From assembly GCA_002897895.1 (NCBI GenBank), contig BDSY01000037.1:7306-71305 (forward strand): a DNA stretch of 64,000 nucleotides, written 5' to 3'. Of this stretch, positions 19,659-29,571 are shown piece after piece. Source of the DNA: a bacterium BMS3Abin06 (GTDB lineage Bacteria > Nitrospirota > Thermodesulfovibrionia > UBA6902). Every line of letters starts with the position of its first letter. The stretch's first letter is position 1. A program made the translations under genes and the position numbers. The notes beneath the pieces were generated by a model that saw only the letters and a list, made by a program, of their open reading frames with translations, was not told where the DNA came from and did no database searches.

Positions 19659-20747
19659 TCAACTTTTCCTTGTCAAACGAGTCTCGGGAAAGAGACCCTT
19701 GCGGTTTATCTCCTCGCAGAACCAGAATGGCGCCCAGAGAGACTTGCTCAGGTAATAATTCTGGGCAACACAACTTCCGAGACAGCGGCTCTTCATAAGA
19801 CATTCCCCGCAAATACCCTCAAGTCGGCCGGGAAGTCCCTCCCGGAGTTCCTTAAGAACAGGGCTGTCGTCCCAGATATCCTTTAGGCGATCTGCTGCCG
19901 CATGACCAAAGACAAGCTCGGGCACTGTCTCTCCAATGCCACACATGGCATAAGAGCCGTCAGCCAGAACCCCGAGAATGCCGCGGATCCCGCAGATACC
20001 ACACCCACCTCCATTATTGCCGAACATCCTGGAAAGGGGGCGGAAGGCGAGCGGATGGGAGTAGTGAAGACGCAGTTTTGTCAAAGGAGAAAGAACCTTT
20101 TCCACCCATTCTCCTAATTCCACAAGCTCTTCAATATCGAGGGTCTGCCCTGCATCATGCATCTTTTCGCCTCGCGCAGTGGGCTGAAGGATATTGAATT
20201 TGACAGAACCGCAGCCAAGCGATTCAGCAAGGTGTACCACTGACTTCATCTGATCTTTATTACGCGACATGATAGTCATAATGACCTGAGGTCTGAAGCC
20301 GGCATTTACCAGATTTCGAATGCCCTCCCCGGCTGCCTCAAAACAACCCGAAACCCCGCGCATCCACTCATGGGTTTCAGCATCCGCTGCATCCAGACTC
20401 ACCGATACAAAGGGATTCTTACACGCAGCCATCTTGAGCGCCAGACCTTCCGTGCAAAGAAGACCATTGGTCTCTACGATGAGCCGGAGGTCATTGGCCC
20501 GAATCTCATCAAGGATTTCATGAATCTGAGGATGCAGAAGCGGTTCACCTCCGGTTAACTTGACCCCGGAAAGCCCCAGGGGCTTTGCCTGCCTGATTAT
20601 GGAGCGGAAAAGCTCCGGAGAAAGAGAAGGGTAAGAACTGCTCCCGCCCTGGTATCCCGGGTCAATCCAGCAATGACGGCAGCGAAGGTTACACCCCTCA
20701 GTCAGATAAAAGTAAATCTGATTCAGAGAAAATTTACGGTCATTCAT
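19659..20747 (-). CDS. radical SAM/SPASM domain peptide maturase (ScmF-like)
   Basis: CNLRCRHC (CxxxCxxC) radical SAM cluster. C-terminal SPASM cysteines (CGICGI..., CGECLMKSRCLGSC). Confidence 0.8.
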   Translation of the reverse strand: MNDRKFSLNQIYFYLTEGCNLRCRHCWIDPGYQGGSSSYPSLSPELFRSIIRQAKPLGLSGVKLTGGEPLLHPQIHEILDEIRANDLRLIVETNGLLCTEGLALKMAACKNPFVSVSLDAADAETHEWMRGVSGCFEAAGEGIRNLVNAGFRPQVIMTIMSRNKDQMKSVVHLAESLGCGSVKFNILQPTARGEKMHDAGQTLDIEELVELGEWVEKVLSPLTKLRLHYSHPLAFRPLSRMFGNNGGGCGICGIRGILGVLADGSYAMCGIGETVPELVFGHAAADRLKDIWDDSPVLKELREGLPGRLEGICGECLMKSRCLGSCVAQNYYLSKSLWAPFWFCEEINRKGLFPETRLTRKS

Positions 20748-20810
20748 TTTTTATTCTTTTATACATGACGACTTATAAAATTTCGCATAATATGAAATTC
20801 TCCCAAAGTC

Positions 20811-20872
20811 TGTCATGCCGGCTTGTCCGGCATCCTTCCTGGAAGAAAGATTCCCGACAAGCGGGAATGACA
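20811..20872. repeat. hairpin MITE (family A), solo copy
   Basis: tgtcatgccggcttgtccggcatc...gattcccgacaagcgggaatgaca, the same inverted-repeat arms as the GIY-YIG element at 41774..42180. Confidence 0.7.
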
Positions 20873-20934
20873 CAACATGCGCAATAATTTATGACGCTCT
20901 GTATAGTTATCCTGATTTATCCTGTTAATCCCGT

Positions 20935-22038
20935 CTAAAAACTCTCCTCAGGAAGCCTCCCGCCATCTTCAAGAAACCTTCTCAGACAGGCATCCGGACT
21001 GGGATGATTCTCCTTGCCCAAAGTCGTGTAAGCCAATGCAGGACAATTGCCCGCACAATAAGGGATGTAATCACACCCCCTGCAAAACTCAAAATCACTC
21101 AGGGGAATACTGCGCCGCTCCCTCAGCCGCTCCAGCTCCGGATGATCCTGCCAGACCTCTCTGAGATTATCATTCCTGATACAACCCAGTTCCATATGGC
21201 CCAACTGAATGCATGGGACCATGGCACCGTCAGCGCGCACCGCCATCTTATTCCCCGGTCCGCCGCAACCGGTGAGATAACCCCTCCCGGGAATGCCTTT
21301 CTTCCCTTCACGACGGGCTTGTTCCATTATCAACCAGTTTTTCGCCTCAGCCAAAGGACCTGCGTTAGCGCTGATGCGTCCCTTGTATTTTTTGTTAAGC
21401 TTCAAAAGGGTCTTCATGGCAAGGGTACGCTCTGAAACAGTAAGCTGGACCTCTTCGGCATTTCTCCGGCAAAGTCCCATAAAAGAGGCAGCGTTGGTCG
21501 AAAAAGACGGGAGGCCGAGAGACTCCAGTAACAACCTTGCTACACCCTCAAGATCATTTACATTCTGTCTATGAATGGTAACACGCACAGACACAGAAAC
21601 ACCGTGCTTTCTCAGATGCTCAATCCCCTCCATGGCCCTGGAGAAATTACCTTTACCCCTGAAGGCATCGTGCGCCATTGGAATTGAGCTGTCGATTGAT
21701 ACCTGCACTGTGTTACATCGTCCGGTGGAAGCCAGAAATGCCGCCATCTCATCAGTAATCAATGTCCCATTGCTCAGGATACTGAATCGCATCCGGTTGT
21801 GAACTATCCCTTTGATGAGCTCACGCAAATCCTTCCGGTAAAAAGGCTCGCCTCCCTGAATACAGACATTCATCACCCCGCAGCGATTTAATTCCTCAAA
21901 GAATTTAAGCCATTCTTCCATAGGAAGATCATGGCCTGTATCCCCGGCGCTTGTAAAATGGCTGCAGTATTTGCAGCGCAGATTACAGCGGTTTGTAATG
22001 TCCAGATCAAGAGACCTCGGGGTACTCATTACCCTCAT
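20935..22038 (-). CDS. radical SAM/SPASM domain peptide maturase (ScmE-like)
   Basis: CNLRCKYC radical SAM motif. SPASM cysteines CRGCDYIPYCAGNCP. Confidence 0.8.
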   Translation of the reverse strand: MRVMSTPRSLDLDITNRCNLRCKYCSHFTSAGDTGHDLPMEEWLKFFEELNRCGVMNVCIQGGEPFYRKDLRELIKGIVHNRMRFSILSNGTLITDEMAAFLASTGRCNTVQVSIDSSIPMAHDAFRGKGNFSRAMEGIEHLRKHGVSVSVRVTIHRQNVNDLEGVARLLLESLGLPSFSTNAASFMGLCRRNAEEVQLTVSERTLAMKTLLKLNKKYKGRISANAGPLAEAKNWLIMEQARREGKKGIPGRGYLTGCGGPGNKMAVRADGAMVPCIQLGHMELGCIRNDNLREVWQDHPELERLRERRSIPLSDFEFCRGCDYIPYCAGNCPALAYTTLGKENHPSPDACLRRFLEDGGRLPEESF

Positions 22039-22044
22039 AAAATG

Positions 22045-22350
22045 TTACCCCTTTTTAACCTCGTAACCGGCCAACCCCCGTTCGGTTAAACTCCGGATAA
22101 AATCCTTAAGATCATCCTCAGCCTCATCGGGTATGTTCTCACAGCTCTCCCGCAGCTTTTCAAAAATGTCTTCCATCGTATGTGATCCGTCAAGCAGCTT
22201 CCAAATGAGTACACCTACAGGATTAAGACCGAAAGCATCCCCGGCATCAGGGTCAAAAAGGATTGCCCAGTCATCAAATTCCTCCCGAAGTACTATTAAC
22301 GGATTGGCTACAGGCATCTCTTTTTCTCCTGTTCCCATCTCTTCCCTCAT
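22045..22350 (-). CDS. PqqD-family RiPP recognition element protein
   Basis: AILFDPDAGDAFGLNPVGVLIWKLLDGSHTMEDIFEKL is a classic PqqD/RRE profile. Confidence 0.75.
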   Translation of the reverse strand: MREEMGTGEKEMPVANPLIVLREEFDDWAILFDPDAGDAFGLNPVGVLIWKLLDGSHTMEDIFEKLRESCENIPDEAEDDLKDFIRSLTERGLAGYEVKKG

Positions 22351-23372
22351 TCCTGTAAAACCTTTTCAATATAAACAGCCTGCTGTTTCCTTAAATCTAC
22401 AACCCTCTTATCTTTCAATTTCCGGTTATCACGGTCATACATTATATTAATTACAGGACGCGTAGGAAACCCCCGGTTAATTTTGGCAACCCTGCCTCTC
22501 TCTTTAGTGTTTAACCTGACAAGGCTTCCCATAGGGTAAGCGCCTATTACTTCCAGCAAAATCTTTATCAATTTATATTCAAAAGCCTTCTTTGCCTTTG
22601 ATAATTCCCGTATCGCGTCCATGGACATATACTTGTCACGATACGGCCGTGAATGGGTCATGGCTTCATAGCTGTCTGCCAGGCCCACTATTGCGGCATA
22701 TTTATGAACGGCTTCTCCCTTTAGCCCGTGAGGATAACCTGAACCATCCATGCGTTCATGTTCCTGAAGCGCAACCCGGACAGCTATTTCAGGCAGTTCC
22801 CTTGCTCTTTCCAGAATATCCGAACCGGTTTCCGGATGATTTTTGATTTCATTAAATTCTTCGGCGGTTAATTTCCCCGGCCGGTTGGCTAAATCCATAT
22901 ATTTTATCATTCCCATATCATGCAAAATAGCCGAGCTCCCTAACTCCATTAATTCAGCTTTATCATACCCAAGCCCTATACCTGTTTTTATAGATAAGAT
23001 ACAGACATTTACTTCATGGCTGTAGAAATCATGCTGTATTGAGCCTGTAGTTAATTCCAGCAAAGACTCATTATCCATGATCAATTGTTCAACTAACCTG
23101 TCTACACAGGATATGATCGACTTACATTCAAGTACATCATTATTTAATGCCTTTTCTTTTATCTCTTTCAGCAGAGATATTGCCTCTCTGTAAATTTCTG
23201 CGCATTCTTCCTTATTTAATACCCTGCCTCTCTCCATTACTACCGGAGCAATCCTGACTCCGGATCTGCCCGGTTCCCCGGGGACTTCCTGTTTTTTAAC
23301 TTTCGCCGGCCGGCGCTGTTGGAGGGACTCCTCTTTCTTAACTCCTTTTAAGATATCTGATATATTGACCAC
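22347..23372 (-). CDS. HD-GYP domain phosphodiesterase (c-di-GMP)
   Basis: HDMGMIKY and HHERMDGSGYP motifs. Confidence 0.75.
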   Translation of the reverse strand: MVNISDILKGVKKEESLQQRRPAKVKKQEVPGEPGRSGVRIAPVVMERGRVLNKEECAEIYREAISLLKEIKEKALNNDVLECKSIISCVDRLVEQLIMDNESLLELTTGSIQHDFYSHEVNVCILSIKTGIGLGYDKAELMELGSSAILHDMGMIKYMDLANRPGKLTAEEFNEIKNHPETGSDILERARELPEIAVRVALQEHERMDGSGYPHGLKGEAVHKYAAIVGLADSYEAMTHSRPYRDKYMSMDAIRELSKAKKAFEYKLIKILLEVIGAYPMGSLVRLNTKERGRVAKINRGFPTRPVINIMYDRDNRKLKDKRVVDLRKQQAVYIEKVLQE

Positions 23373-23385
23373 TCGCTATCTTCCC

Positions 23386-24216
23386 CTATCCTCTTATTTG
23401 GGCAGACCCAACAGGGATCTCTTCGAGGTCTTCAGCAACTTCCCTTATTACACCCCTGTTAACTTTATCCAGGCCTTCTGCAGAACCTACCAGCAGGGCC
23501 ATATCACATATATTGTTTATCCTTCGCGGTGTGCCTGCGGAATAACGGTAAATCTCCATATGTACATCTTCTGAAAATATCTCCTGCTGCGAGCCTGCCA
23601 TCTTTAAACGGTGCCGGATATAGCGCCCTGTCTCATCCTCCGTAAGAGCGCCGAGATGATACCTTACGGCAAACCTCTGTTTAAACTGAGGCAAATTATC
23701 TATTTTCTCTTTCAGCTCGGGTTGGCCCAGCAGTATAAGGGTAAGGAGGAAATCATCATTTAACTGAAAATTCAAAAGGAGCCTCAGTTCTTCAAAACTG
23801 TTTTTATGGCCTATGGTCTGGGCTTCATCTATAACTATAACCGTACCTTTATTATTATTTCTGTTTGCGTATAGAATCTCATTGAAATAATGCAGGAGAT
23901 TGATTTTGGATGAAGATGATATCCTGCTGTCCAATTGATAGACAATCTCTTTCATAAGGTTCAGAGGCGACAGCCTGGGATTAAAAATAAAGGCCAGTTG
24001 GTATTGTTCAGTGTTGAGCTCTTTCAGAAGAACCCTGCTTAAAAGGGTTTTTCCACAACCGGGTTCACCGGTTAAGATTGCCGCCCCTTTTCTTTCCCTG
24101 ATAGCATAAAGCATTCTTGAGAGCGCTTCTTCGTGTTTCCGTGAGTAGTAGAAAAAATGCGGGTCCGGTGTATTCTCAAATGGCTTCTGCTGTAATCTCC
24201 AGTATTCTTCATACAT
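23386..24216 (-). CDS. ExeA/GspA-like AAA+ ATPase
   Basis: Walker A GEPGCGKT, Walker B VIVIDEAQ, and the ExeA-type overall layout. Confidence 0.6.
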   Translation of the reverse strand: MYEEYWRLQQKPFENTPDPHFFYYSRKHEEALSRMLYAIRERKGAAILTGEPGCGKTLLSRVLLKELNTEQYQLAFIFNPRLSPLNLMKEIVYQLDSRISSSSKINLLHYFNEILYANRNNNKGTVIVIDEAQTIGHKNSFEELRLLLNFQLNDDFLLTLILLGQPELKEKIDNLPQFKQRFAVRYHLGALTEDETGRYIRHRLKMAGSQQEIFSEDVHMEIYRYSAGTPRRINNICDMALLVGSAEGLDKVNRGVIREVAEDLEEIPVGSAQIRG

Positions 24217-24406
24217 ATTATTATTGCCCGTTAATTATTCATAATAATATGCGCTATAAAACAAGATTGTCAAATTTTCGGGTCACTACTCAGGTCTATA
24301 ATTCCCCCCTTGATCGCCCTTTTCCAAAGGAGAGTCCTGAGCAGTTAGATTTTTGCAATTGATTTGATACAAAAGAGGGATAAAAAGTTTGTGCAATAAG
24401 GGGGGG

Positions 24407-25237
24407 CTAAAACGCATATGTCAGATTAACGACCCCAACCATAACCAGGGTCTTGCTCCAGGGGAAAACAGTATCTATTATTTTGCCGCTTTGTGTCATA
24501 TCCGGCTTTATTTCACTCTCATCAAGCTTAACAAGTTTATAACTGCCGCCTAAAGAAAGATTGATATTTCTTGTAATTTCACGCGCTACGCCGACACCTA
24601 TATCCAGACAGGTGCCGTTAGTGTCAAACCACATTCCTTCGTTATTGCTGTTTCTCACATCACCGTCAAAATAATAAGCAAAAGCAGCCCTTCCATCAAT
24701 GGCCCATTTGCCGGGCTTATACCCGAGACCAAGACCTCCGGCGGTTTTCCACAAACTGAAATCCTCGGTAATTGTAGCAGTAGACAGAGCAACGCCGTTT
24801 ACGACAAAATTTTTTCTCCTGAAATGCAGACCGTCCCATCCTCCTGATACATAAAGCCTGTAGTAAAAATTATTAAGACTGTTTCTGTAACCCAGACTGA
24901 TGTCGTAGAATTGACCAAAAATACTTATATCATTTGTTTGCTTCTCTATGTTATCTTCTCTCCATTTCTCTACATCCTTTAATCCAAGCGCCCAGTCGGT
25001 CGTGAATGCGGCAAAAAAGTTTTTCAGCCCGGCAAAAGAATACTCCCCCGAGACACCTAAGAGAATTGTGTCAAGAGATGTTTCCGACTCAATTTCGGTT
25101 CCAAAGGCATCGGTATCCTCCTCATATTTGATAACGCCGTAACCGCTGTGCACCCCAACTTCAAAACTGTCTGCATCAACATCACCTCCGATAAGAAAAA
25201 CAATTAAGGCAACAATCAGAAGAGCGATTTTTTTCAA
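24407..25237 (-). CDS. outer-membrane beta-barrel protein
   Basis: Signal peptide MKKIALLIVALIVFLIGGDVDA. Alternating beta-strand pattern and a C-terminal aromatic residue (LTYAF). Confidence 0.5.
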   Translation of the reverse strand: MKKIALLIVALIVFLIGGDVDADSFEVGVHSGYGVIKYEEDTDAFGTEIESETSLDTILLGVSGEYSFAGLKNFFAAFTTDWALGLKDVEKWREDNIEKQTNDISIFGQFYDISLGYRNSLNNFYYRLYVSGGWDGLHFRRKNFVVNGVALSTATITEDFSLWKTAGGLGLGYKPGKWAIDGRAAFAYYFDGDVRNSNNEGMWFDTNGTCLDIGVGVAREITRNINLSLGGSYKLVKLDESEIKPDMTQSGKIIDTVFPWSKTLVMVGVVNLTYAF

Positions 25238-25380
25238 ATGTTTATTCCTCCATTATTTATTTTTGTCATGCCCGAAGTCTTTAATCGGGTATCCAGAACT
25301 CATTGAAAAAACTGGATTCCCGCCCAACAGATCGCGGGAATGACGGCTCTATTGTTGAGTTTATACACAGACTCCAATTA

Positions 25381-26463
25381 TCAACGATTTTCCTGAAACG
25401 AATCAGCAACTGCACTATGCATTATTTTACCTTTATACGTATTCAGTGCAGTTTTTAAAGGAGTGTTCTCTGCAACATTCTTTATGCCGATTTTTGCGAG
25501 CATCTTAATATATTCAATCGTCCTGTTTGTAAGCGCCAATGTGGAAGTTCTCGGATATGCACCCGGCATGTTAGCAACAGTATAATGTATAACACCGTCA
25601 ACTGAATATACAGGATTAGTGTGAGTAGTCGGCTTTGTAGTCTCTACACATCCTCCCTGGTCAACAGAAACATCAACAATTACAGAGCCTTTTTTCATTC
25701 CTGATACGAGCTCTCTCGAGACCAGTTTCGGCGCCCTGGCTCCGGTTATTAAGACAGCGCCTATCAGCACATCTGCGTTCACTGCCTCTGCCTCTATATT
25801 TTCCGGAGTTGAGATTACGGTTTTTACCTTCCCCTCATATATTTTGTCTATTTGGCGGAGTTTCTCTTCTCCCCTGTTTATGACAGTAACGTCTGCACCC
25901 ATGCCGCAGGCAACCTGTAAAGCGCTCATACCTACAGTGCCTGCCCCTAAAATAAGTACCCGTGCAGGAGAAACACCGCCTGCGCCGGTTACAAGTATCC
26001 CCTCTCCCCCATGTATTTTCTGCAAATAATATGCAGCCATAACAGGCGCCATTTTACCTGCAATCTCGCTCATAGGTCTGAGGAGCGGGAGAGCTCCGTT
26101 TAATTCAAGAGTCTCATAAGCAAGGCCTGTGATATTTCTTTTCAATAACATTTTTACAAGTTCAGGGGCGGAAGCAAGGTGAAGAAAAGTAAATACTGCC
26201 TGTCCTTCCTGAAACAGGCCGTATTCCGGGGGAAGGGGCTCTTTTACTTTTACAATCAATTCAGAGTCCCTGAATAACCGGACTTTATCCGCTATCCCTG
26301 CCCCGGCCTGTTGATAATCCTCATCAGAAAAACCGCTTCCGCTGCCGGCTGATCTCTCAACTATTATCCGGTGCCCCTCTTTAACAAGTTCTCTTACACC
26401 GGCCGGCGCCATCCCGACCCTGTATTCATGTTCTTTTATCTCTTTTGGTATGCCGATTATCAT
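25381..26463 (-). CDS. ald: alanine dehydrogenase
   Basis: MIIGIPKEIKEHEYRVGMAPAGVRELVKEGH N-terminus. Rossmann motif LILGAGTVGM. Start is taken at the internal Met. Confidence 0.8.
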   Translation of the reverse strand: MIIGIPKEIKEHEYRVGMAPAGVRELVKEGHRIIVERSAGSGSGFSDEDYQQAGAGIADKVRLFRDSELIVKVKEPLPPEYGLFQEGQAVFTFLHLASAPELVKMLLKRNITGLAYETLELNGALPLLRPMSEIAGKMAPVMAAYYLQKIHGGEGILVTGAGGVSPARVLILGAGTVGMSALQVACGMGADVTVINRGEEKLRQIDKIYEGKVKTVISTPENIEAEAVNADVLIGAVLITGARAPKLVSRELVSGMKKGSVIVDVSVDQGGCVETTKPTTHTNPVYSVDGVIHYTVANMPGAYPRTSTLALTNRTIEYIKMLAKIGIKNVAENTPLKTALNTYKGKIMHSAVADSFQENR

Positions 26464-26479
26464 CAGGAATTTATTATGC

Positions 26480-26815
26480 TCAATCAAAATCCGGGAATAC
26501 TTTAACTTCAACAGGATTGCCGTTTTGAAGGGTATGGACCGCTGTTAATATCCCTCCCTCTACATATGAAAGACTGAAACTGCCGAATCCTTCTCTTACA
26601 AGGCGCTGGGCATCAGCAGGACATCCGCCTTCACAGCCTGCAACTCCCCTGATCATTCTTGGAATAAGTTTTTCCATATCGAGCGGGGCAAGATCAACGC
26701 CAAACTTTTTACCGAAGCCGATAATATCTTCTGTTACCCGGGCCACATCAAACCTGTGCGGATTTTCAATATTCAGAGATAAAGATTCTCCATTGATGCT
26801 GATATCAATATCCAT
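26480..26815 (-). CDS. hypothetical protein
   Basis: 111 aa, Cys pair GCEGGC, no confident family assignment. Confidence 0.3.
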   Translation of the reverse strand: MDIDISINGESLSLNIENPHRFDVARVTEDIIGFGKKFGVDLAPLDMEKLIPRMIRGVAGCEGGCPADAQRLVREGFGSFSLSYVEGGILTAVHTLQNGNPVEVKVFPDFD

Positions 26816-27439
26816 TCATTGACCTCCCTTATTCAATTTCTCCGATAGATATTCCTGCAGTTTTCTTAATGCCTTGCCTCTATGGCTTAAGGCATTCTTT
26901 TCGTCATCACTCATCTCTGCAAATGTTCTGTCATAACCCTCTGGATAAAAAACAGGATCATATCCAAAGCCTTTTTTACCTTTGGGGGCCATGCCGATGC
27001 TGCCCTCTACGGATCCGAAAAAAGTCTTAACATCATCGCCGGACGCCAGGGCTATACAGCAGACAAACCTTGCGCTCCTTTTTTCAGGCGGAACACCTTT
27101 CATTTCATTTAAGAGTTTTTCAAGATTGGCGATGTCATCCGCGGATTCTCCTGCATACCTCGCAGACAAAACTCCGGGAGCTCCATTCAGCGCATCTACC
27201 TCAAGCCCTGAATCATCGGCAATAGCTGTCATACCGGTACACTTTGATGTATATACTGCTTTTTTCAGGGCATTTGCCTCAAATGTGTCGCCATCCTCTT
27301 CCACCTCCTCACATTCCGGAAAATTATCAGGCGTAAGGATATTAACAGAGAGCCCTGTTCCCGGGAGTACATCCGTCTCCATTATCTTCCTCAACTCCTC
27401 AACCTTCTTTTTATTTCTTGACGCCAGAACTATATTCAT
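26816..27439 (-). CDS. rdgB: non-canonical purine NTP pyrophosphatase (RdgB/HAM1)
   Basis: MNIVLASRNKKKVEEL, FGYDPVF and SHRGKAL motifs. Confidence 0.8.
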   Translation of the reverse strand: MNIVLASRNKKKVEELRKIMETDVLPGTGLSVNILTPDNFPECEEVEEDGDTFEANALKKAVYTSKCTGMTAIADDSGLEVDALNGAPGVLSARYAGESADDIANLEKLLNEMKGVPPEKRSARFVCCIALASGDDVKTFFGSVEGSIGMAPKGKKGFGYDPVFYPEGYDRTFAEMSDDEKNALSHRGKALRKLQEYLSEKLNKGGQ

Positions 27440-28449
27440 AACTCATAACTCTTAACTCTTAACTCTAATTGTGATGCAAGTTTTATTGCTTCAAGCATGC
27501 TTGAGGGATTTGCCATATTTTTCCATGCAATGTCAAACGCCGTACCGTGGTCCGGCGAAGTTCTGATTACCGGCAGTCCGACTGTAACATTTACCCCTGT
27601 ATCAAACGCAAGCATTTTAAAGGGGATCAAACCCTGGTCGTGATACATGCAGACAATTATATCAAATTCACCGTTATACGCCTTATGAAAAACAACATCC
27701 GGCGGAAACGGTCCCGAAACATTAATACCTTCTTTTTTAGCCTTTTCAACCGCAGGCGCTATGGCGCTGAGTTCCTCTTTACCCATAATCCCTGATTCTC
27801 CGGCATGGGGATTCAGTCCTGCTGCAGCAATTCGCGGATTTTCGATTCCGAGCATATCAGTTCCCATTCTTGCAAGCCTGATTGTTTCTAAGACAAGTTT
27901 CTCGTTAATTTTTCCCGGAACATCTTTTAATGCCATATGAATCGTACAAAGAATTATCTTCAGCCTCTCACTGGTAAACATCATTGCAAAGTCTTTTGTA
28001 TTTGTCAGCTCTGCCAATAACTCGGTATGCCCCGGCCAGGAATAACCCGCCAGCTTAAGCGACTCCTTTGATATTGGAGCAGTAACAATTGCATCTATCT
28101 CATTTCTTTTGGCCAGCTCCACTGCTTTTTTAATATAATCAACCAATGCCTTGCCCGCTTTTCCGGAAGGGATACCTCTTTTAAAAGGCGGGCTGGATTT
28201 AATATTAAATACTTCAATAATTCCAGGTGCCGGCTTTGAATTGGATATGCTGGAAATTGATCTGATTTCAAGTGGAAGACCTGAAAGCTTGACAGCCTGA
28301 TTCAAAACCCCGGCATCACCTATAACAACGGGTCTGCAATAGTCCCGTACTTCAGCGTAAGACAGCGCCTTAACAATTACCTCAGGCCCGATCCCGCCGG
28401 GCTCTCCCATTGTTACTGCCACTCTTTTAACGCTGCCCGATGATATCAT
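27436..28449 (-). CDS. pdxA: 4-hydroxythreonine-4-phosphate dehydrogenase
   Basis: MGEPGGIGPEV and HGTAFDIA motifs. The C-terminal residues are encoded by a TAACTCT heptamer repeat at 27440..27470. Confidence 0.85.
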   Translation of the reverse strand: MISSGSVKRVAVTMGEPGGIGPEVIVKALSYAEVRDYCRPVVIGDAGVLNQAVKLSGLPLEIRSISSISNSKPAPGIIEVFNIKSSPPFKRGIPSGKAGKALVDYIKKAVELAKRNEIDAIVTAPISKESLKLAGYSWPGHTELLAELTNTKDFAMMFTSERLKIILCTIHMALKDVPGKINEKLVLETIRLARMGTDMLGIENPRIAAAGLNPHAGESGIMGKEELSAIAPAVEKAKKEGINVSGPFPPDVVFHKAYNGEFDIIVCMYHDQGLIPFKMLAFDTGVNVTVGLPVIRTSPDHGTAFDIAWKNMANPSSMLEAIKLASQLELRVKSYEL

Positions 28450-28469
28450 TATTTAAATACAACGCAATA

Positions 28470-28916
28470 TTACCTGTTTTTGCCCTGCGGCCGCCGGTTT
28501 TCCTGATTCCGCGAATATTTTTGTCTTTTTACCGGAAGGGCAACTATTGCATCCATTTCAATCTGAACATCCAGGGGGAGTTTTCCTGCCTGAATTGTGC
28601 TTCTTGCCGGCGGAAAATACTGGAAAAATTTTTCATATACGCTATTAACTCTCGGAAAATCATCAATATCAGCGAGATAACAGGTGACCTTTAACACACG
28701 ATCCATATTTGCGCCCGCTTCTTCTACAATGATTTTTATATTGTTAAGAACCGTCTCGGTTTCCTCTTCAATAGTCGCCCTGAGGAGTTCCCCTGATTCA
28801 GGATCTACCGGTATCTGTCCTGATATATACAGCAATCCGCTATGAATTACAGCCTGGGAGTACGGGCCTTTGGGTTCCGGAGCCTTTTTTGTGTAGAAGA
28901 CTTTTTTACGGGCCAT
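28470..28916 (-). CDS. ridA: RidA family reactive enamine/imine deaminase
   Basis: APEPKGPYSQAVIHSGLLYISGQIP, a YjgF/RidA signature. Carries a basic C-terminal extension. Confidence 0.8.
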   Translation of the reverse strand: MARKKVFYTKKAPEPKGPYSQAVIHSGLLYISGQIPVDPESGELLRATIEEETETVLNNIKIIVEEAGANMDRVLKVTCYLADIDDFPRVNSVYEKFFQYFPPARSTIQAGKLPLDVQIEMDAIVALPVKRQKYSRNQENRRPQGKNR

Positions 28917-29571
28917 AACTTGAACTCCTTCTGATTTTTACGTAGTTATTTAGAGTACTACATCGGGAAAAACTTGACAACATGTACATAAAAACATGCA
29001 CATGAAAAAGCTGAATCAAAACACCTTGACAGTCCTGTCTCTGATAAAACCGGAGGGCATATGCTTCAGGCCGGAAAACAAGGGCCGGCCTTTTAAGCCG
29101 GCCCTTCTCAGCACTAATTACTTCTTTGACTTGGCAGGCTTTTTTGTTTTCTTGGGAGCACATTTAGAAGGCTTTTTAGTTTTTTTAGGAGCGCATGTTC
29201 CACAACCCATAGTCCATCCTCCTTTCATAAATAAGGGGAACCATTCACTGTTGCCGGTTCTCGGTTAACGGTTGAAGGAAATATATAAAAATATGGCTAT
29301 CCGTTTTACTAAAACAATTTGGTAATTACGTTAATTTCTATAATTCGTTAAGAAACTGTGAACCGTGAACTGATAACTGTGCACCCGATCAGCTTCTTTT
29401 TTTAAAACTTTGTGCCTATGTGCCTTTGCCACTCTGCACCTGAACAGTTATTATTGATTTAAATTAATTTTAACATTTGATAGAATAATGTCAACTTAAA
29501 AACACGACTATGCCAACAGGCATTAAACAACAGTTAAGAACGCAGGATAAATATTCGGACAGGAGGTTAAA

